DNA from: Hydrolagus affinis
Taxonomy: Eukaryota
Direction of reading: 5' to 3'
Assembly (NCBI GenBank): GCA_012026655.1
Contig: JAAILG010000673.1
Coordinates: 1 to 64,000, forward strand
Length of the DNA: 64,000 nt
Position 1 is the first letter of the stretch. Each line of letters opens with the position of its first letter. The notes under the pieces were generated by a model. The model did no database searches. It saw only the letters and a program-made list of their open reading frames with translations, and was not told the DNA's origin. This document shows positions 47,401-62,111 of this stretch, piece by piece. Position numbers and translations under genes: made by a program.

Positions 47401-50400
47401 CTGCTGCTGTCCCATTTTCTTTGTAAATAAAAGTAATAGACTTGTATACTTTGCAAATGCATTTAGTTTAAATTTCCGAAGGGGTTAATTTTTTTTAAAA
47501 AATTGCTCTTAAAATTGCTCATCAGATAAGATGGACCGAATGGGTCTTCTGTGCTGTAAATTTCTATGGTTCCAAAATATATCCTAGATCCTTTGAAGCT
47601 GCTCTCAGTTCTGTTTTGGTGGCTCTGGCCTCCCACGAGGAAAATCTCTTGAATGAATGGAAGATTTGACTTAAACAATGCAGCCTGGTACAGATCAAAA
47701 GATTACCATTGTTTTCTTATTAGTCACAGAGGTAATACAGTCACCCACAAAATATACAATCCATTCACTTTACAGTATATTCTGTGCAGTGCTTTGAGTG
47801 TCTTGAAGACATGCTAAGGTCCTATATCAAACGCAAGGATTATTAGTATTATTATTTAATGCTTCTCATTTCCGAATCGAAGGGACTGGCTTGTGTGTGT
47901 ATGTGTTTTTCTCTCTCCGTGGTCAAAAAGATGGGAATTTGTTTCATTTTAAAAATGAGTTCTGTGTTCTTAGAGGAAATTCAAGCACTGTAAATACCAC
48001 AGTATTGAAAACAGCCCCATGTTTTACAATGTCTGCCCGGCACTCTTGAAAAGCAGAACTGATTTTCTTTAAATCAGAAAGAGCAGAAATATTTTAATGC
48101 TGTCCAGTCGCGGAGCTGAATGTTTTCCAAGGCTCCATGACTAACAATAAAACAATCTTTGGGCTGTAATAGCCACATTGTTTAAGCTAAATCCCTGCTT
48201 AGAGGATTTCCTATCTAGCGCCCATAGAGTTGCTGTGGGGACAGAGGGGAAGAGAGAGAGCCTGAAAGTAGATCCAATTCTGAGTCTGACTTTATTTTTG
48301 CTTTAATTCCATGGGGTTTAGGGCATGATTAAATGATCTGTTGCATTTGTGCTTCTCATATGTTCGTTCCCATCTTAAATTCATTAATGGGCTATGAAAT
48401 TCTTGTTGTTCAGTAGCTATGTTTGACAGAACCATCAGTTTTTAATCCTGCTGCTTGCCACCCACTTTCTCCCACTCCAGTAGTTCACAGAAGCTCTGCA
48501 GTCCTCCGTCCCTCCCTTCCTATTGGCTCTTCTCTCCCTCTCTCCCTCTTGTTCCCATTATAATGATAATATTAATGATGTTGATAATAATACAACAGTA
48601 ATTGGATATACAACAGTAAAATTACATTTCTAAAGTACCTTACAAGTCAGGAGGACGTCCCAAATAAGCACCTTATCTCTCATCATTAAAGCACTTCACA
48701 GGTTATATTGTAAAGTGATTTGACTCTATCTTGCGGATGAACCACGACAGCTAATTGAAAACAGCAGTGTCCCGCAAACAGTCGTAGATTGAGTGACTAA
48801 ATTGTTGTTATTTTTAAAATTAATTTTGGAGGGATCTTTGGGCTGTGGAAGCAATGTGGCAATTGACTAACAACTGGGTTTCCACTGATTGACTGCTGTG
48901 ATTTTGTTTTAACAGAACTGTGCGATAACACAATGATGAACTGAAATGAGTACTTTTAATACCTATCCTTTTATTATAACTACATTGATCAACGCCCTGC
49001 TACTTTTTGCTCGTATTCTCGCACAGTATAGGATTTTGAGTATTTGTCTTATCTTAGAAAAGTATGGGAGGTGCAATTGTTGTTTTTTTTCCTTGGCTTA
49101 GGTAGGGTCACTATGACAAACTTTCAGAGCCCTGGGACTAGATTGATGGCTGATCATGACAGAACAGCAGTTGTGATATGATGTGCGGTGGATACTGTGC
49201 AGAGAGCGCTGTGCATCGTGCGCTGTGTGGGGAGTGCTGTTACGCAAGCCCACTTTGAACGTCTGTTGTTTTAACTTCTGCCCAGCAGCCAAAACCTCCT
49301 GCCTCGAGTCTGTGCCTCTCCATGCTTTTTGGTATCAGACACTGTGCTCTGTGTCGACAGAGGAAAACACAACCAAGAAATCCTGGGACTAGCACTGGAG
49401 ATACTCATTGCTGGTGATTTGTCCTGAGTTTAATAAGAATTCTACATTCCATTTCTGCTCTTTGAATCTGCATTTATTTGGGGCTATTACATTGGCACTT
49501 TAACCATGTTATTACCAAATTGGTTGCAGTTGTGCATTAAATGCTGATGTACAAGTATCCTTATTGTACGTGGATCTGGTTAATGTAATTGGTTGTTAAT
49601 AGACTCATTTTCTCCCTAACTATTGACTTGCTCTGATGCTACTGTTTACATAATAAAGAAGCAAAAGGAAACGACTGTTAAAGACTGAAACTGACTTAAA
49701 TAAATGTGGATTTGAAACAACAATTCCAATATACACTGGGACCTTACGACCTTATTATTATAATGAAAAGAAGAATAAATAATAGTAAACCTTGCGTTTG
49801 ATATTTGGATACTTTTGCCCATTCACTACTGGACGTTTGTAGCTATGCGCAAATTGGTTGCCTGCAAAATACACAGTCAGTACACTTTACGGTAAATCCC
49901 GTGAAGCACTTGGAGTCGTCCTCCTGACGTGAAAGGCGCTGTATCAACATGATTCTTACTGATGTAGCGCTTTATCACATCGTCAAAATGTCTCAAAGCA
50001 TTTTGCAGGATTTTTACTGCAGATAGTGACTGCTTGCTTGGAAGTAGACCCAGTAACCAATTTGCCCCATTAACAACCCAGTCCAGCCAGCATATTCCTC
50101 AGCTCAACATCTGTATATATTTGCAAAACATGTAGATATTATTGATATTGATCACGTGTTATCATTTCCCAGTATTTGACAGTGTCTAGTGCTCAATGGG
50201 AACTTGTATAATTCTAACATATGAATGTAATGTTATTCATTATAACTAGCCTGTGTCCTCATGAAAGCTTTGATATTCTCCGGCCCCTTGCCCTTAACTC
50301 ATTTTTATACCAGTCTGAATATATATATTTTGCTGTTCTAGCATTGAGAATCTAGATTAGCATTAACAGACACAATAAATATCCCCGCACTGTTCTATAT

Positions 50401-50805
50401 AAAAGCATAAGCGAATTAGGACCAAATGGAGTTATGAAAGATGCCTCTGTCATAGATGTCAATGAAATTTACAATAGGTTGTTAATAATAAAAAAGTATG
50501 ATGACAAAAAACATCCCTAAAGGGGGTTTAGGTGCTTTTTATTAAATTGGTAAAATTAAAATAAGATGGTTTACTTGGCAGCAGCTTTAAGTATGCTATC
50601 TAGTCTGAAGTTGCAATGCTAAAGTTTATACGAGAGTACACAAGATCTGAATCCTTCTGATTTACTGCTGTTATTGTGATGGTGAGGTTTCTGTGCCAAA
50701 CATGAATTGTTTTCTGCTTAAAGAGAAAGGAGAGTTCATCATGTTAGCAATGTATTGGTGTTGAGGCTCAGAGATTGAAACATTGCAGCTTAGGGTGCAG
50801 ATCGC

Positions 50806-50930
50806 TTGTGTGTTGCTTGCATGTTGTTTGTGTGTTGCTTGCATGTTGTTTGTGTGTGTGTTGGGAGGCAGTGGTTGTGTGTGGTGTGTGCATTTGGTTG
50901 TGGTGCACGTGGACTGTGTGTGTGTGTGTG
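50806..50930. repeat. 22-bp tandem duplication within a TG-rich low-complexity tract
   Basis: TTGTGTGTTGCTTGCATGTTGT occurs at 50806 and 50828. Confidence 0.85.
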
Positions 50931-51599
50931 CTGTCTCAGAAGCATACACAGTGCCATCGCCATTTCCAGGGTTATACAGCTGTACTCTGACCTACTAACA
51001 AATAGCTCTAAGGCACGAAGATTCAGTGTGGGAAGCCACTCTGCCAATTTATTAGATCATGGTAGATCTTTTAATCCCATTTCCCTTCCTTTTTCTTTCC
51101 ATACCCCTCATTATGTTCATTTCCCCCTTAAGTACCTATCTATATGGGTTTGTATAATCACTGCAGTAGATTTCTGTCACTTTCTGCCCCATTTTCACAC
51201 CTCACTGTGCAAGGCAGTGATTTCTGATATCATTTCTAAACTGAGTTGAACAAAGCACAATAGGCCTTTCAGCCCATGGCCTTTCTGTTTCACTTGGTGT
51301 TACCGAATGGATTGCAAATTCAAGACCAATTTTCTGTGCTTTAGGCTTCAACTCCTATGTGATGCGAGCTGCCTGTCTCAATGGATTTGGGATCTTCAGA
51401 AATGTTTGAAGAAATTGAATGGTGTTTGCCCATTAGCCTTATTCCCTGCCTTACTTGCCAATAGGCTTGTGCTTTTTCCTCACTTGTGCAGTGAACAATT
51501 CAACAAAATAGTGTTCTTCAATCTTGAAATAGGTTGTTTCCAAGCGGGAGCTTCACAGAGGTGTGAAAAATTAGAAATGGGTTTGAAAAAGTAAACCAA

Positions 51600-51880
51600 G
51601 AACAATACTTTCGGATGCACCAAGATAATTAAATCAAGAAGACATAGGTTTAGGGTTGCAAAGGGCAATTTCAAGACAGACAGCAAGCAAGTTTTGCATT
51701 AATCAGAGGGTAATTAAAGACTGGGAACAAGTCGTCAGGAAGGGTGGCTGAGGCCAGGACACAGGACTCATTTAAAAACGCAGCTTGATACTGAGATGGG
51801 ATGAGGGTAGAGTGGTTGTTCTGGAAGAATTAGTTCAAATGGGTTGAAGGTTTTTTTTACAACCACTTGAACTGATCTTG
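51600..51880 (+). mobile_element. CR1 LINE 3' fragment
   Basis: GACATAGGTTTAGGGTTGCAAAGGGC...CAGAGGGTAATTAAAGACTGG..GGGTGGCTGAGGCCAGGACAC..GACTCATTTAAAA. A similar fragment lies at about 52230-52385. Confidence 0.72.
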
Positions 51881-54800
51881 TGATGCAGAACTGCATTTCA
51901 CCATGAATTAGGTTATGTTTGACGGATCTCTGCAGCTAGCTTCCATCAGCATTCAAACAACACTGATGCTATTGGAATACTCTACAAAAACTTCAAGGCC
52001 TTTGTCTGTTTGTTAAGGGATTAGAATATATGGAAACTTCAATTTTTGTGTTTTATGCCTTGGCAATGATTTGGGGTTTTTAATTATGTTGTTCAGAAAT
52101 GATTGTTACTTTTCCTGTATTCAAATACATTCTGTCTCCCTGCCTTACCCTCTCCCTGACCTTCCTGCACCAATAAAAACCAAGAGCATGTCCCAAAGAG
52201 GCAAAGAAAGCCAACCTTGACCAGATAGGTCAAGGCATCAGGAAGTCACAGGTTTAGAGTTGTGAAGGCCAGTTTTAGATCAGACACCAGAATAATTTCT
52301 TAAGCAGAGTAACTAACAGCTGCATTGGTTTCACAAAAGGGTGAGAGAGGCCTGGATACTGGACTCATTTTGAAAACCACAACCTAGAGCAGGAAATTGG
52401 GAGTTACAATTCCCGTTTCAAATCACTCTTATCCAAGACAGGGGTCATGGAAGGTGGCAGGAGAGTGGCTCAGTCCAGGGACTAATGGTTAATTCTTTCG
52501 ATGCTCCTGTAGATGTGGGCATCCAACCTGCTCTGTGACAAGATCTGAAGTATGATCCAATGGATCGCCCGGAAGCTTTGTTCCCTATCTTCTTTTGAAT
52601 ACTTCAATGCTCCCATCACATGTGCTACCGTTTTAAAAACTAGAGTTACATTGAACACATTTCCAGTTTGATTTGACTCCCAACGACACAGGTGGGAGTG
52701 AGATTTCAGGTAAAATTGCCATCGCTGAATGTGGAGTCGTCCTGCATTTTGCAAATTCTGCCTCTGCTAGGATACTGCAACACGGGTCCAGTACAATTGT
52801 GCCTTCATCTAAGAGTCGTCTCCCTAACAGATACTTAGTGAGGAATTTCAGTAACCTTATGAACAGGGGAAGGTTGTGTGCTGCCAGATGACCTTAATTA
52901 TGATAGCACAGCGGGGGCACTGGACACAAAGACTCTGCCTCTCTGGCTACCTCTTGCTTGCGAGCCTTCAGCCATAAAACACGGGTACAAGAAAGACCAA
53001 GAGGCACCATTAAATGCACAGGTTTATAACCTCATGTGGCAATTTGGATAAGTACAGTTCTCTTCAAAGCGATTGTTTCAGTCTTCCTCTTCATTTAATC
53101 CAGCTATGAAATCCGGCTGTACCTTTTAAACCTCAATGTACTGACAGCATCAAGGCCAGCCAGATCCTTTACAAGTCAAAGCAGATTTTTTGTTTGTGGC
53201 CTTGATCTGCGCAGATAAGGAATCGACACTTTCCTTCGATAACACGCCTTACAGTAATTTTGTCCTGAGGGGTTGAGTGGCTAACTGCGTCCATCTTATT
53301 TTGCGGAGCTTTCTGTGTGATGCTCTTAACAAGCGGATTACACAGTTCCTTCACTTTCCCTGGGCAATGCTCGTTTTACAAATCAGTCCATTGAATTAGA
53401 CTGCAGTACTGTTATAATCTTTTCCCCCAACCACAGAGTCTGTCTGGTACACTTGTGGAACCGGTCTCCCCGTATTAAACTCTAGCCATTGATCAATTAA
53501 CCACAATTCTCCAGCAGACTTAGGAGAAATTAGTGTCCATTTTCCCCTTTTGTCTAGGAAGCACTTCCTTCAAGTTAGGAAACCCAGAGGATCGCAGAGT
53601 ACTCAGACCGCACAGCACCGCTGCATGCCCCGAGCTCACGGTGTAGGGAAGCTGCTGGTTTTGCCAATCAATTGTGGACAGAAATTATTCAATTAGTGGC
53701 CAATTCCAAGCAAAATGAACAAGCCACCCTCTCTATTTCCTGTGTACCCACAGCCTTTGTTGGTCTAACTACCCCTCAGCCTTGCTGAGGGCTTTCCTAG
53801 TCCCAGACTGATTTCCCTCCTGTAGGAACTCCAAACTGATGCCTTTTTTTTGGCTTCAATGAGAGCGCAGAAAGGAATATTTCTTGTTTGGGAGCTCACG
53901 CAAGGAAGTTGATGCTCTTCACCACTGAGGGCTTGAGATCTAAAATGGGTTTGGCTCAATGCAACAAGCATTCTCATTTTCGTACTAGTTAACTAGGGGT
54001 TAATCACCCATTTCATACACATTATGACTGATGTCTTCAGTTCATGTTCTATGAGTACAGTAGGAAACCGGTGGGTGGAGTGTTCTTCTGCTAAGCGCCT
54101 AATGCTCAAAGCTGACATTATAATTGCAGACTTCTGTAACCCTAAGGAAGTCATAATGTGAACTTATTAAAACCATTTAAAACTTGAAAGCTAATGCTAG
54201 CATTTATTTTATTATACACAAGGGCTAAATTTGTTTTATAAAATGGGAAATGTTTTCACTTATTCAATGCAGGCTTTGTTTTGTGAGCCTTTGTTCGGCC
54301 TGTTGCCTCGGGATCGTTCTCTGAACTTTCTTTCGGTTGTTCAGGGTTTTGGTGAAAGACCAGGGTCATTAGTGTTGTACAGCACAGAGGTTGGAAATAA
54401 AGTGACTTGGCCTCGTTATTTGGCTCACACATCTGTTGCTCACCGAGAAGCTCGCAGGGAGTTCCTGGTACTTGCTATCCACATGGTGAGGGCTCAGCCT
54501 GACTCATCAGCAGGACGTAGAAGGGCAGACCAGTCACTGGGGCAATTGATTAACACCCAGGTTCCTACTTATTGCTAGGTAAACAGAGGCGTGTGGAATA
54601 AGGAAACTTGCCTAAGACTTATTTCAAAAATGGGTTTGTGGTGGGTGGGGGGTACTGTTTCAAATAATACACCCAAGCAGGTCGCTCTTTAATGGAAAGA
54701 TTGTCAAAAAGTAAGTAGCTTGGGTAACTTGGCTTTAAGGACCGAGTGCAAGAACTTATTTTAATGACATTCACAGTTCCGTTTGTACCTGGAGTGGAAT

Positions 54801-56270
54801 TTATCATGGAGAAGTAATGCGCTCCAAATTATTAATAGATCTTGAACAGCTTTATATCACCAAAAACTTATTTTAAAGCATCAGTTTCATTGGAAACCCT
54901 TTTAGAATTCATATTAATCATCTTACTACATCTTGTGTGATTAATTATTTATTGTCTCATGGGTTTCCCAAGGAATCACAGCTCATTATTCCAATACATT
55001 ACAAAAAGTTTGAGGGTAATCATTGGATTATTATATCTTAACTTTCCTGCTGCAGAGCTAGTAGTACAGAGGAACCTTGATTATCCACTATAAAGTTAGT
55101 CCCTCCCTGAGTGTTGGAAGGCTGTGGCGGATATTCAGGAGTGGAGCATCTCTGCAATGCTGTTCTATTTACACCATTCAGTCGTCGTGTAAACTGACCC
55201 AGCCGGTGTACTGATTGACCTTTGCTCTCTGGTGTGGGTAGGGAATGAGCAAATCACAAAGGTGTATGTGCACTGCCGATAGTCGTCATGGTTACCTCAG
55301 TGGTTTAGGCAGAAAAGAAGAGCGTTGTGGCTCGTCTATTCTTGGACGCCTGCTGCTTCCAAATGTAAAAGCTGGCCTTGTGTATAGTTGGAGCACTCAG
55401 GGTTTGTGGATGGAGCCAGAGCCATTGTAACTGAAATTAACAGGCACAGAGACCAAGGCTGCCCAGTCAGAGGATTATAGCAGCTCACCAGAGACAAAAC
55501 AGTTTTAAATTTCAGCAGAGGTTATTCAGTATTACTTTGTTTGCCCTCCTCTTCCCTGTTCCAGTTCACTTTGTGCCTGGTTGTGGGACGTTGCTGTGTG
55601 CTGAATTGGCTGCCACGTTCACCTCCACAATACTTTATTCCTATACTTTACAGTAAAATCCTGTGAAACGTGGTGAGACATCCTCCTGACGCAAATGGTG
55701 CTATATAAATTGCAAAGATTATAGATTATTCACAGTACTCTCCCTTTTTATAAGATGACCCAATGAATTTATGTCCGCCTCATTTCAAACCACTGTATCG
55801 CGTTTCACAAACATATCCACCAATGTTTGTCTATTATTATAAGTACATTACGGTATATTCTGTGAAGCGCTTTGAGACGTCGATAAGATGTGAAAAGCAC
55901 TATATCAAATGCAAGGATTATTATTATTATAATTAATATTTGAGATTTAATACAGGAACTCATCATGTCACCAAATCATCTCATAGCACTTGCAGAAATT
56001 ACTGTAAGACTAATGATTAGATATTTGTTGGCACAGGAACCTTAACCCAACCAAATCCCCTTCTCTCTCCCTCATGTATGTATTGAGTTTCCTCTTAAAT
56101 ACATTGATGCTTCCTGCTTCGACCACACGCTCCCCGTATTGAGTTCCACATGCTCACCACCTCACCGTGTGGAAAAAGTGCCTCCCTTTTTCGATCAGCT
56201 ACTGGCCATCTCATTTACGTGCCCTCTCGTTCTAAACTGAGACTCTGCCCCAAATGAAAGGTGCTACGTG

Positions 56271-56805
56271 AATAATATCCTTGCATTTGATACTTGCTCC
56301 ACACGTCTGATGATAATCCTACAAAAAAAATAATAAATTGATCATTTCAATCCACGACTGTTTGTGGGACACTGCCAAGTGCAATTCGCTGCTGCATTTA
56401 GCCCACAAATATACAGTCAATTCGCTCTATAGTATGTTTTGTGACAGTATATTCTGTGACGTGCTTTGCGACGTCTACAAGATGTGAAAAGCGCTATATC
56501 AAATGCAATGATTATTATTATCTTGCTTTTTATGTCTTCTAGTCATCACAAAATGCTTCACGGAATATACTGTAAAATGAAATGACTGTGTATTTTGTGA
56601 GCGAAATAAGGCAGCCAATTGCAGTGGGACAGCAATTGTCCCAATGCAAGTCGTGGATTGAAAATGACCAATTTATTATTGTTTTGAGGGATTATTTTAG
56701 GCTTGTGAAGTAAGGAAACTTGCCCAAGGTTTCACCCTGTCTGAAATTGAACCCAGGTCTCTTGCTTGTAAGGCAAGAGCTCCAATCACTGATCTACAGG
56801 CCTCC
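56271..56805. mobile_element. Full-length - strand SINE with a + strand copy of the same family inserted in its tail
   Basis: The host tail AATAATATCCTTGCATTTGATA (56271-56292) resumes after 56521. The insert is flanked by CTTGCT at 56293-56298 and 56522-56527. Confidence 0.85.
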
Positions 56806-59800
56806 ACTCCATGCAAGATGAAGATGTTAGATTCACCAACAAATAAAAACAATGTGTAACCGGTCTTGCACATTTGATTATGATAAGGCTTGTTACTTTG
56901 AAATGTCACCCTCTCTCACCTATGGCTTCCAAAACCTATTGATTTCTCCTTCATAACCCTTCTTGTCTTTGTTTAATAACACTGTTGACCATTACTCCAC
57001 TGACCAGTAAGCTCTTGTTCCTCCACAAACATCCTCGATAAGTGATCTGCTTCCCTGTATAATGCTAATCCTCCCAAATAAACAATTGGGAACCATGCTG
57101 TTGGGCAGATTACTTTCCGCAGTGCCTATGTAGACCTGGAGATTTGTTTCGACCAATGCATAAGTTTGCATTACTGATTTTGCAGCATTTAAAAAGCCAA
57201 ATCCGGTTGCTTGCTTAATAATTTTATATATATATTTCTCTTCAAACTGCAGTTACCGGTGAATAGTGGTGTTCATTCATTTTCCAGTGTCCCATGAGCC
57301 AATGGAAGAACAAGTTTTTTTTCTCCTGAAGCTTTGGAACTCTATCCCTCTCAATCCCTCTGACTTGCCACCTCCTTTAGTTCACAACTGAAGATCTTCC
57401 TCTTCGACTATGCTTTCATACCCTCTCCCTCAGCAAGGAGACAGGCTCAGCCACTGTCAAGCGTTCTGAGATGCTGACTGGTCAACGGAGCTATATAAAT
57501 GCAAGACGTTGTTGTGTATTGTTAAAGTGCAAGTAGGTGTTTCCTCCTTACCACCCGTTCGCAATTTCTGTTCTTCACTTACTGTCGGTTCACTTCTGCC
57601 CCTGAAAAATTCCAGCAAAGTACAAATAGCAGCAGATACAGCACTTTGTGCAATAAAGAAATAGCCTGCAACCACAATTATTTCTTCCTTTGCAACATCA
57701 TACTCCAAAGTTGTTTTGTACTGTGTGGTAGGTTTCCTTAAGGGACTGCAAATCATCCTGCCCTGGGATGTTATAACCTCAAAAAAAATTTTGCATTTCC
57801 CTGGTCAGTGCTGTACTTTTTAATTGAACAATTTGAATGTGTATATTTTAAATTGTTTTATATATAGAGAAACCCTATTGTTTGACTGACGATAAACTGT
57901 TGACTGTTGTTCTTTATTTTCTAATGGGGGACCAAATGCTGGACAAAAACTGGGCTGGAAGAGTAGGAGGAAGGATATGATAAAGAAAATAGCGGTTGGG
58001 TGTCCTGGTCAACAGTCCTTTAAATAAAATGGGTCATTCACTACATGGCTATTTTCAAGACGTTGCTGCTCACAAATTGTCTGTCATGTTCAATTTCAAA
58101 ATACACAGTAACTACACTTTGAGACATCTGCCTAATGTGAAGGGCGCTACATCAACTATAGGGATTATTATTATACTTCTAAGCACATGGCCCTTTCTCA
58201 GTCATCTCAAAGAAATATCGCAAGATTTTGATGAATAATATAGTAATCATCCTTGCATTTGATTGTGCTCCTTATTGAGTTGTTGAGACGTTTCAAAGTA
58301 CTTTGCACACCCACTCTAACTCCACTAGGCAGAACCTCTTATTCAAGACACCTCTGAGAGTTTTGTTTCAATCACCACCACCCCAAACACACATGCACAC
58401 ACTGAAAACTGTGGATGAGTAAAGCTTTTTAGTCGTTTTACGTGCAAAAAAAAAATGCCCTAAGGGGTGGAAATAAAAAACCTCCATAAATTACGAAGGG
58501 ACAAAGAGCGAAAGAAAAGAAAAACTGAAAGTTAAGCAGTTAAAAATAAAACCGGGAGATTGAGAGATTCTGAAAAGGCCAGTCTTTTGCTCGTGCCAAT
58601 TTTTTTTAAAATTAAAACATTGGCCCGATAGCTCAGACAATCGAGCTTTTGATTTCCAACAGACGATTGTGTGTTTCAGAGCCAGGGCTTCGTGTCACAT
58701 AAACTTTCTCGCATTAATAAGGTGAGTTTGGTCATTTTTCTTGCCGGGCTACTAGATGGAGTGCAGCACAGAAATGTGGTGGGTCTCGACGAGGAGAGCA
58801 ACTCATACAACCACAGATGGCAACCCTTCCAGTCGATATAGCGCTGTTTGTGTCGAGAGCACATCTCAAAGCATTTCACAGGATACACTATCAATTGCCT
58901 GTCGCTTATGCCTGAAAATACATAACCACTGCTACACAGGCAGTTTGCGAGGCAGTTTTTGCACAGCCAACTTTGTGATACACAATGTAATACGTAGTTT
59001 TTTTTCACTTATAAGGAAAACCCTCGTACTGTCTCAATGATGGCACTGTATTTCTCTATGGCCAGCGTAAATGCTCTTGGTGTGTGCGTGTGTGTGGGTG
59101 TGTGTGTGGTGTGTGTGTGTGCATGTGTGAGAGCTGGATGAGGAGAGGCCAGACTTGGCTGTGACTCCCTCTGTAGTCAAGTGGTCTGACAATGTTTGCT
59201 GCCAAGGCTCACACACGACCGATGACCAGTTGGGCGGAAGGAGAGGTAGAAGGCTCCTTGCGGAACCACGCCCCATGCATTGGGTACCAGAAGCAGAGGG
59301 TCATGTTCCATAATCTATATTTTGAGGTTCCCGCTATCTGCGCACAATTTTGTCGGGCACAAATTGGCTGCTGTATTTGCCCTGTAAAGTACACGATCAC
59401 TCCAATTCTCAGTGTAGTGTATCAACAACAAATTTACACTCGTGTAAGCACCTTTCATGTCAGAAAAACATCCCAAGGTGCGTATAATATTGTGAAATGC
59501 TTTGCGACACCCTCCTGATGTGAAAGGTACTATACGAAATGCAAGGAATATTGTTTATTATATGGTGTCTTATCAGTATCCCTCAGCGCCCTGGTTGGAT
59601 TTTTTTTTTTGCTGGTGCAGCTGGTTTTAATTCCGACACTTGTGGAGGTTTCTGTCAGATGTGGTTCAGCGGTTGAGGTGAGACGGAATAATCCACAATC
59701 ACTCACTCGTGCCACAGGGAAAGTGATGGTGATTGTTAGGAATTAAAAACAATACTGCGGTAAAGTTACCGGTGATTTAGTGTGTTTAGGCTTTCAAATT

Positions 59801-59989
59801 GAGTGGTATGGGTTACAAAAAAATGTGCACTACATTTACTTTAAGCGAGCGTTATTTATAGGGCCCCAGTCAGCGTTGGGGAGGAGGCCAGCTTGGCTTG
59901 ACAATCTGCAGTAATGGTAAAAAATGGAGAAAGTAATGTAGAAAATAGAAAGTAGCAAACTGATGTGATCTATATTATTATATGGCCAG

Positions 59990-60120
59990 AAACTGCTGAA
60001 CACAATTGGCTGCTGAGTTTCGCCCCCACAAAATATACATTCAATACAGTGTATCCTGTGAAGCACTTTGAGACGTCTCAATGATGTGATCAGGCACTAT
60101 ATCAAATGCAAGGGTTATTC
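59990..60120 (+). mobile_element. 5'-truncated SINE copy
   Basis: CACAATTGGCTGC...GTGAAGCACTTTGAGACGTCTCAATGATGTGAT...TATATCAAATGCAAGG. Confidence 0.8.
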
Positions 60121-61714
60121 TTGGCATTATTTATTCAGTGATTCATTTTGTTTCCAAGCATATGGTATGGAGTTCAGATGGAAATGGCTTGTTCTCCTTT
60201 TTGAAACCATTGAACCTACTATTCTGACTCCAAGGCGAGAGTGTTACGGACTGAGCCAGGCTGACACACTCACCCAGTGAGCCAGACTGGCACAAAGCTT
60301 TCTCATACGGAAGAGGTAGCCCATCACCCCTCTCCAAACGCGGTTCAGTTGCATCCATCGACGAGTCAGCTTTTTGGGGGATCCTCCAGGAAGGGGATTA
60401 TTCATTATTAATGGGCAGCAAAACTGCCCGATACCTCAGCCCGTGTGACATAGTCTGGACCGGCTGGAAGTGGCTTGAAATGTGGTGAGCGGGCATTCCC
60501 ATGTATCTACAAGAAAGGCATCCCCTGAGGATGCTTTGGATACACTCCAATTTACTGGTGCGAGCCTGCGTCTGCCCGTGGGGATGGCTGCTGATGAGAT
60601 TCGTTGACCCGTATCTTGAGGAGAAAACCCTTTCTTTCTCAATTACAAAACATGATCGCTTTGAGGCTGGCTGCCCGATCTAAACGTCCATTCTGATGGT
60701 CCCCGTTATTAATAATCTAATCATAATTATTATGGAGAATAATAATAATACTTGCGTTTGATATAGTGCCTTATCGGATCATCGAGACGCTATGAACTAC
60801 CAATATTAACAGTGTTCGCCGTTAACTGCGAGCTTTGCTGTGGCTCCTGGTGATTTGCAATGTGCATTGCCCCCAGACCAGTTGGCGGTGCTGTACATTA
60901 TCATGTGTTGGGCAGAGCTATCCTGTTGCCGTCCTGTCTGTAATATTGCGCCACTGGTTTGCTCCAGCCTCTGATTATATTTCATTAATGGGATAAATAT
61001 AGCCAAAGCAATCGTCACAGCACAGCTTTCATCTGTTAGCTGATTTTGAGCTTATTGCTCATAATTAGATCATTATTTTACAAGACTGTTTAAAGGTCAT
61101 TGCTGAAGACTATCCTACGTTACAAATATCCCTGAAATGATTTGAATTTATTACACAAATAACTACAGGGCCTTAACATGAGAGAGTGCAGGTTGGGTGG
61201 GTGGGGGTTGAATTGACTACATCTCATAGCCTATGTGATCGACGTGATAAAATACCCTGCTTTATCCATTTATTGTAATAATCAGAAAATGTAATTCTGC
61301 GCTGTATGCTGTCGTTTTTACCTTTGCCGGCTGCTGAGTAAATTAATAAGAAGTGACCGTAAGTAACAAGGTTTGGCTCTTTTATGAATTAATTTTCACT
61401 TAAAATGATCCACGGTGTAATGAAATCCCTGTAAAGTGTCATGTTGCATGAGGCTACTCTTCCCTATTGCTTCTCTAAACCTCCCACTTTGCCCCGCGCC
61501 CTCTCCCCCCCACCGCCACCCCCTTTCCAATTTGAAGCTCTTTGAGATTTCTCGATGACAAGATAATAATAATCCTTACATTTGAAACAGCCTCTTTCAC
61601 ATCGGGAGGACATCTCAAAGTGCTTCAAAGGATATTCCATAAAGTGCAGTGACTATTTTTTCTGGAACTTCATTATACAGTATCTTCAACCTGCTCCCCC
61701 CCCCCCCCATCCCA

Positions 61715-61902
61715 CCTTGGCTCCTTCAAGGCCTTTCTCAAGACCCTCCTCTTCGACCGTGCCTTTGATCACTATCCACCCTCATCGCCCTCCATCCCAA
61801 TCTCCAGGTTCAGTCGCAAATCTTTGACTGTCCAGGTTTTGACTGTCTAGGCCTTAGGATGACATGAAAGGTGCTATACAAATGTAATTTATTGTTGTTG
61901 TT
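61715..61902 (+). mobile_element. L2 LINE 3' end
   Basis: CTCAAGACCCTCCTCTTCGACCGTGCCTTTG...TGAAAGGTGCTATACAAATGTAATTTATTGTTGTTG. Confidence 0.8.
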
Positions 61903-62111
61903 GACATGCTGGGGGGAAAGTGCACTTTCAGATGTGTGCCTAGAAAATAAACAGTCACTACACTTTGCACTAAATCCCTGAGGTGTTCTCTCCCACATGA
62001 TAAGGCTCTCTAGCAAATGCAAGGTTTGTGTAGTATTATCTTGCTGAAGTGTGCATTTGCTATCTTGTCATAAGTGAGAGCGTGGAGCCTACTCCCACTG
62101 TGAGTGTGAAT

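Noticed and set aside
50671-51249. Stack of Cys/Val- and His/Thr-rich ORFs
   Set aside because: These are translations of a TG-rich low-complexity tract.
52482-52893. Overlapping open frames (86 codons stop-to-stop on - at 52633-52893 containing IVLDPCC, plus the 90-aa and 72-aa ORFs)
   Set aside because: There is no recognisable homology, no GxG after the methyltransferase-like DP, and no consistent exon structure. The lengths are compatible with chance.
60589-60620. Second hammerhead core (CTGATGA)
   Set aside because: There is no stem II followed by GAAA at the right distance.
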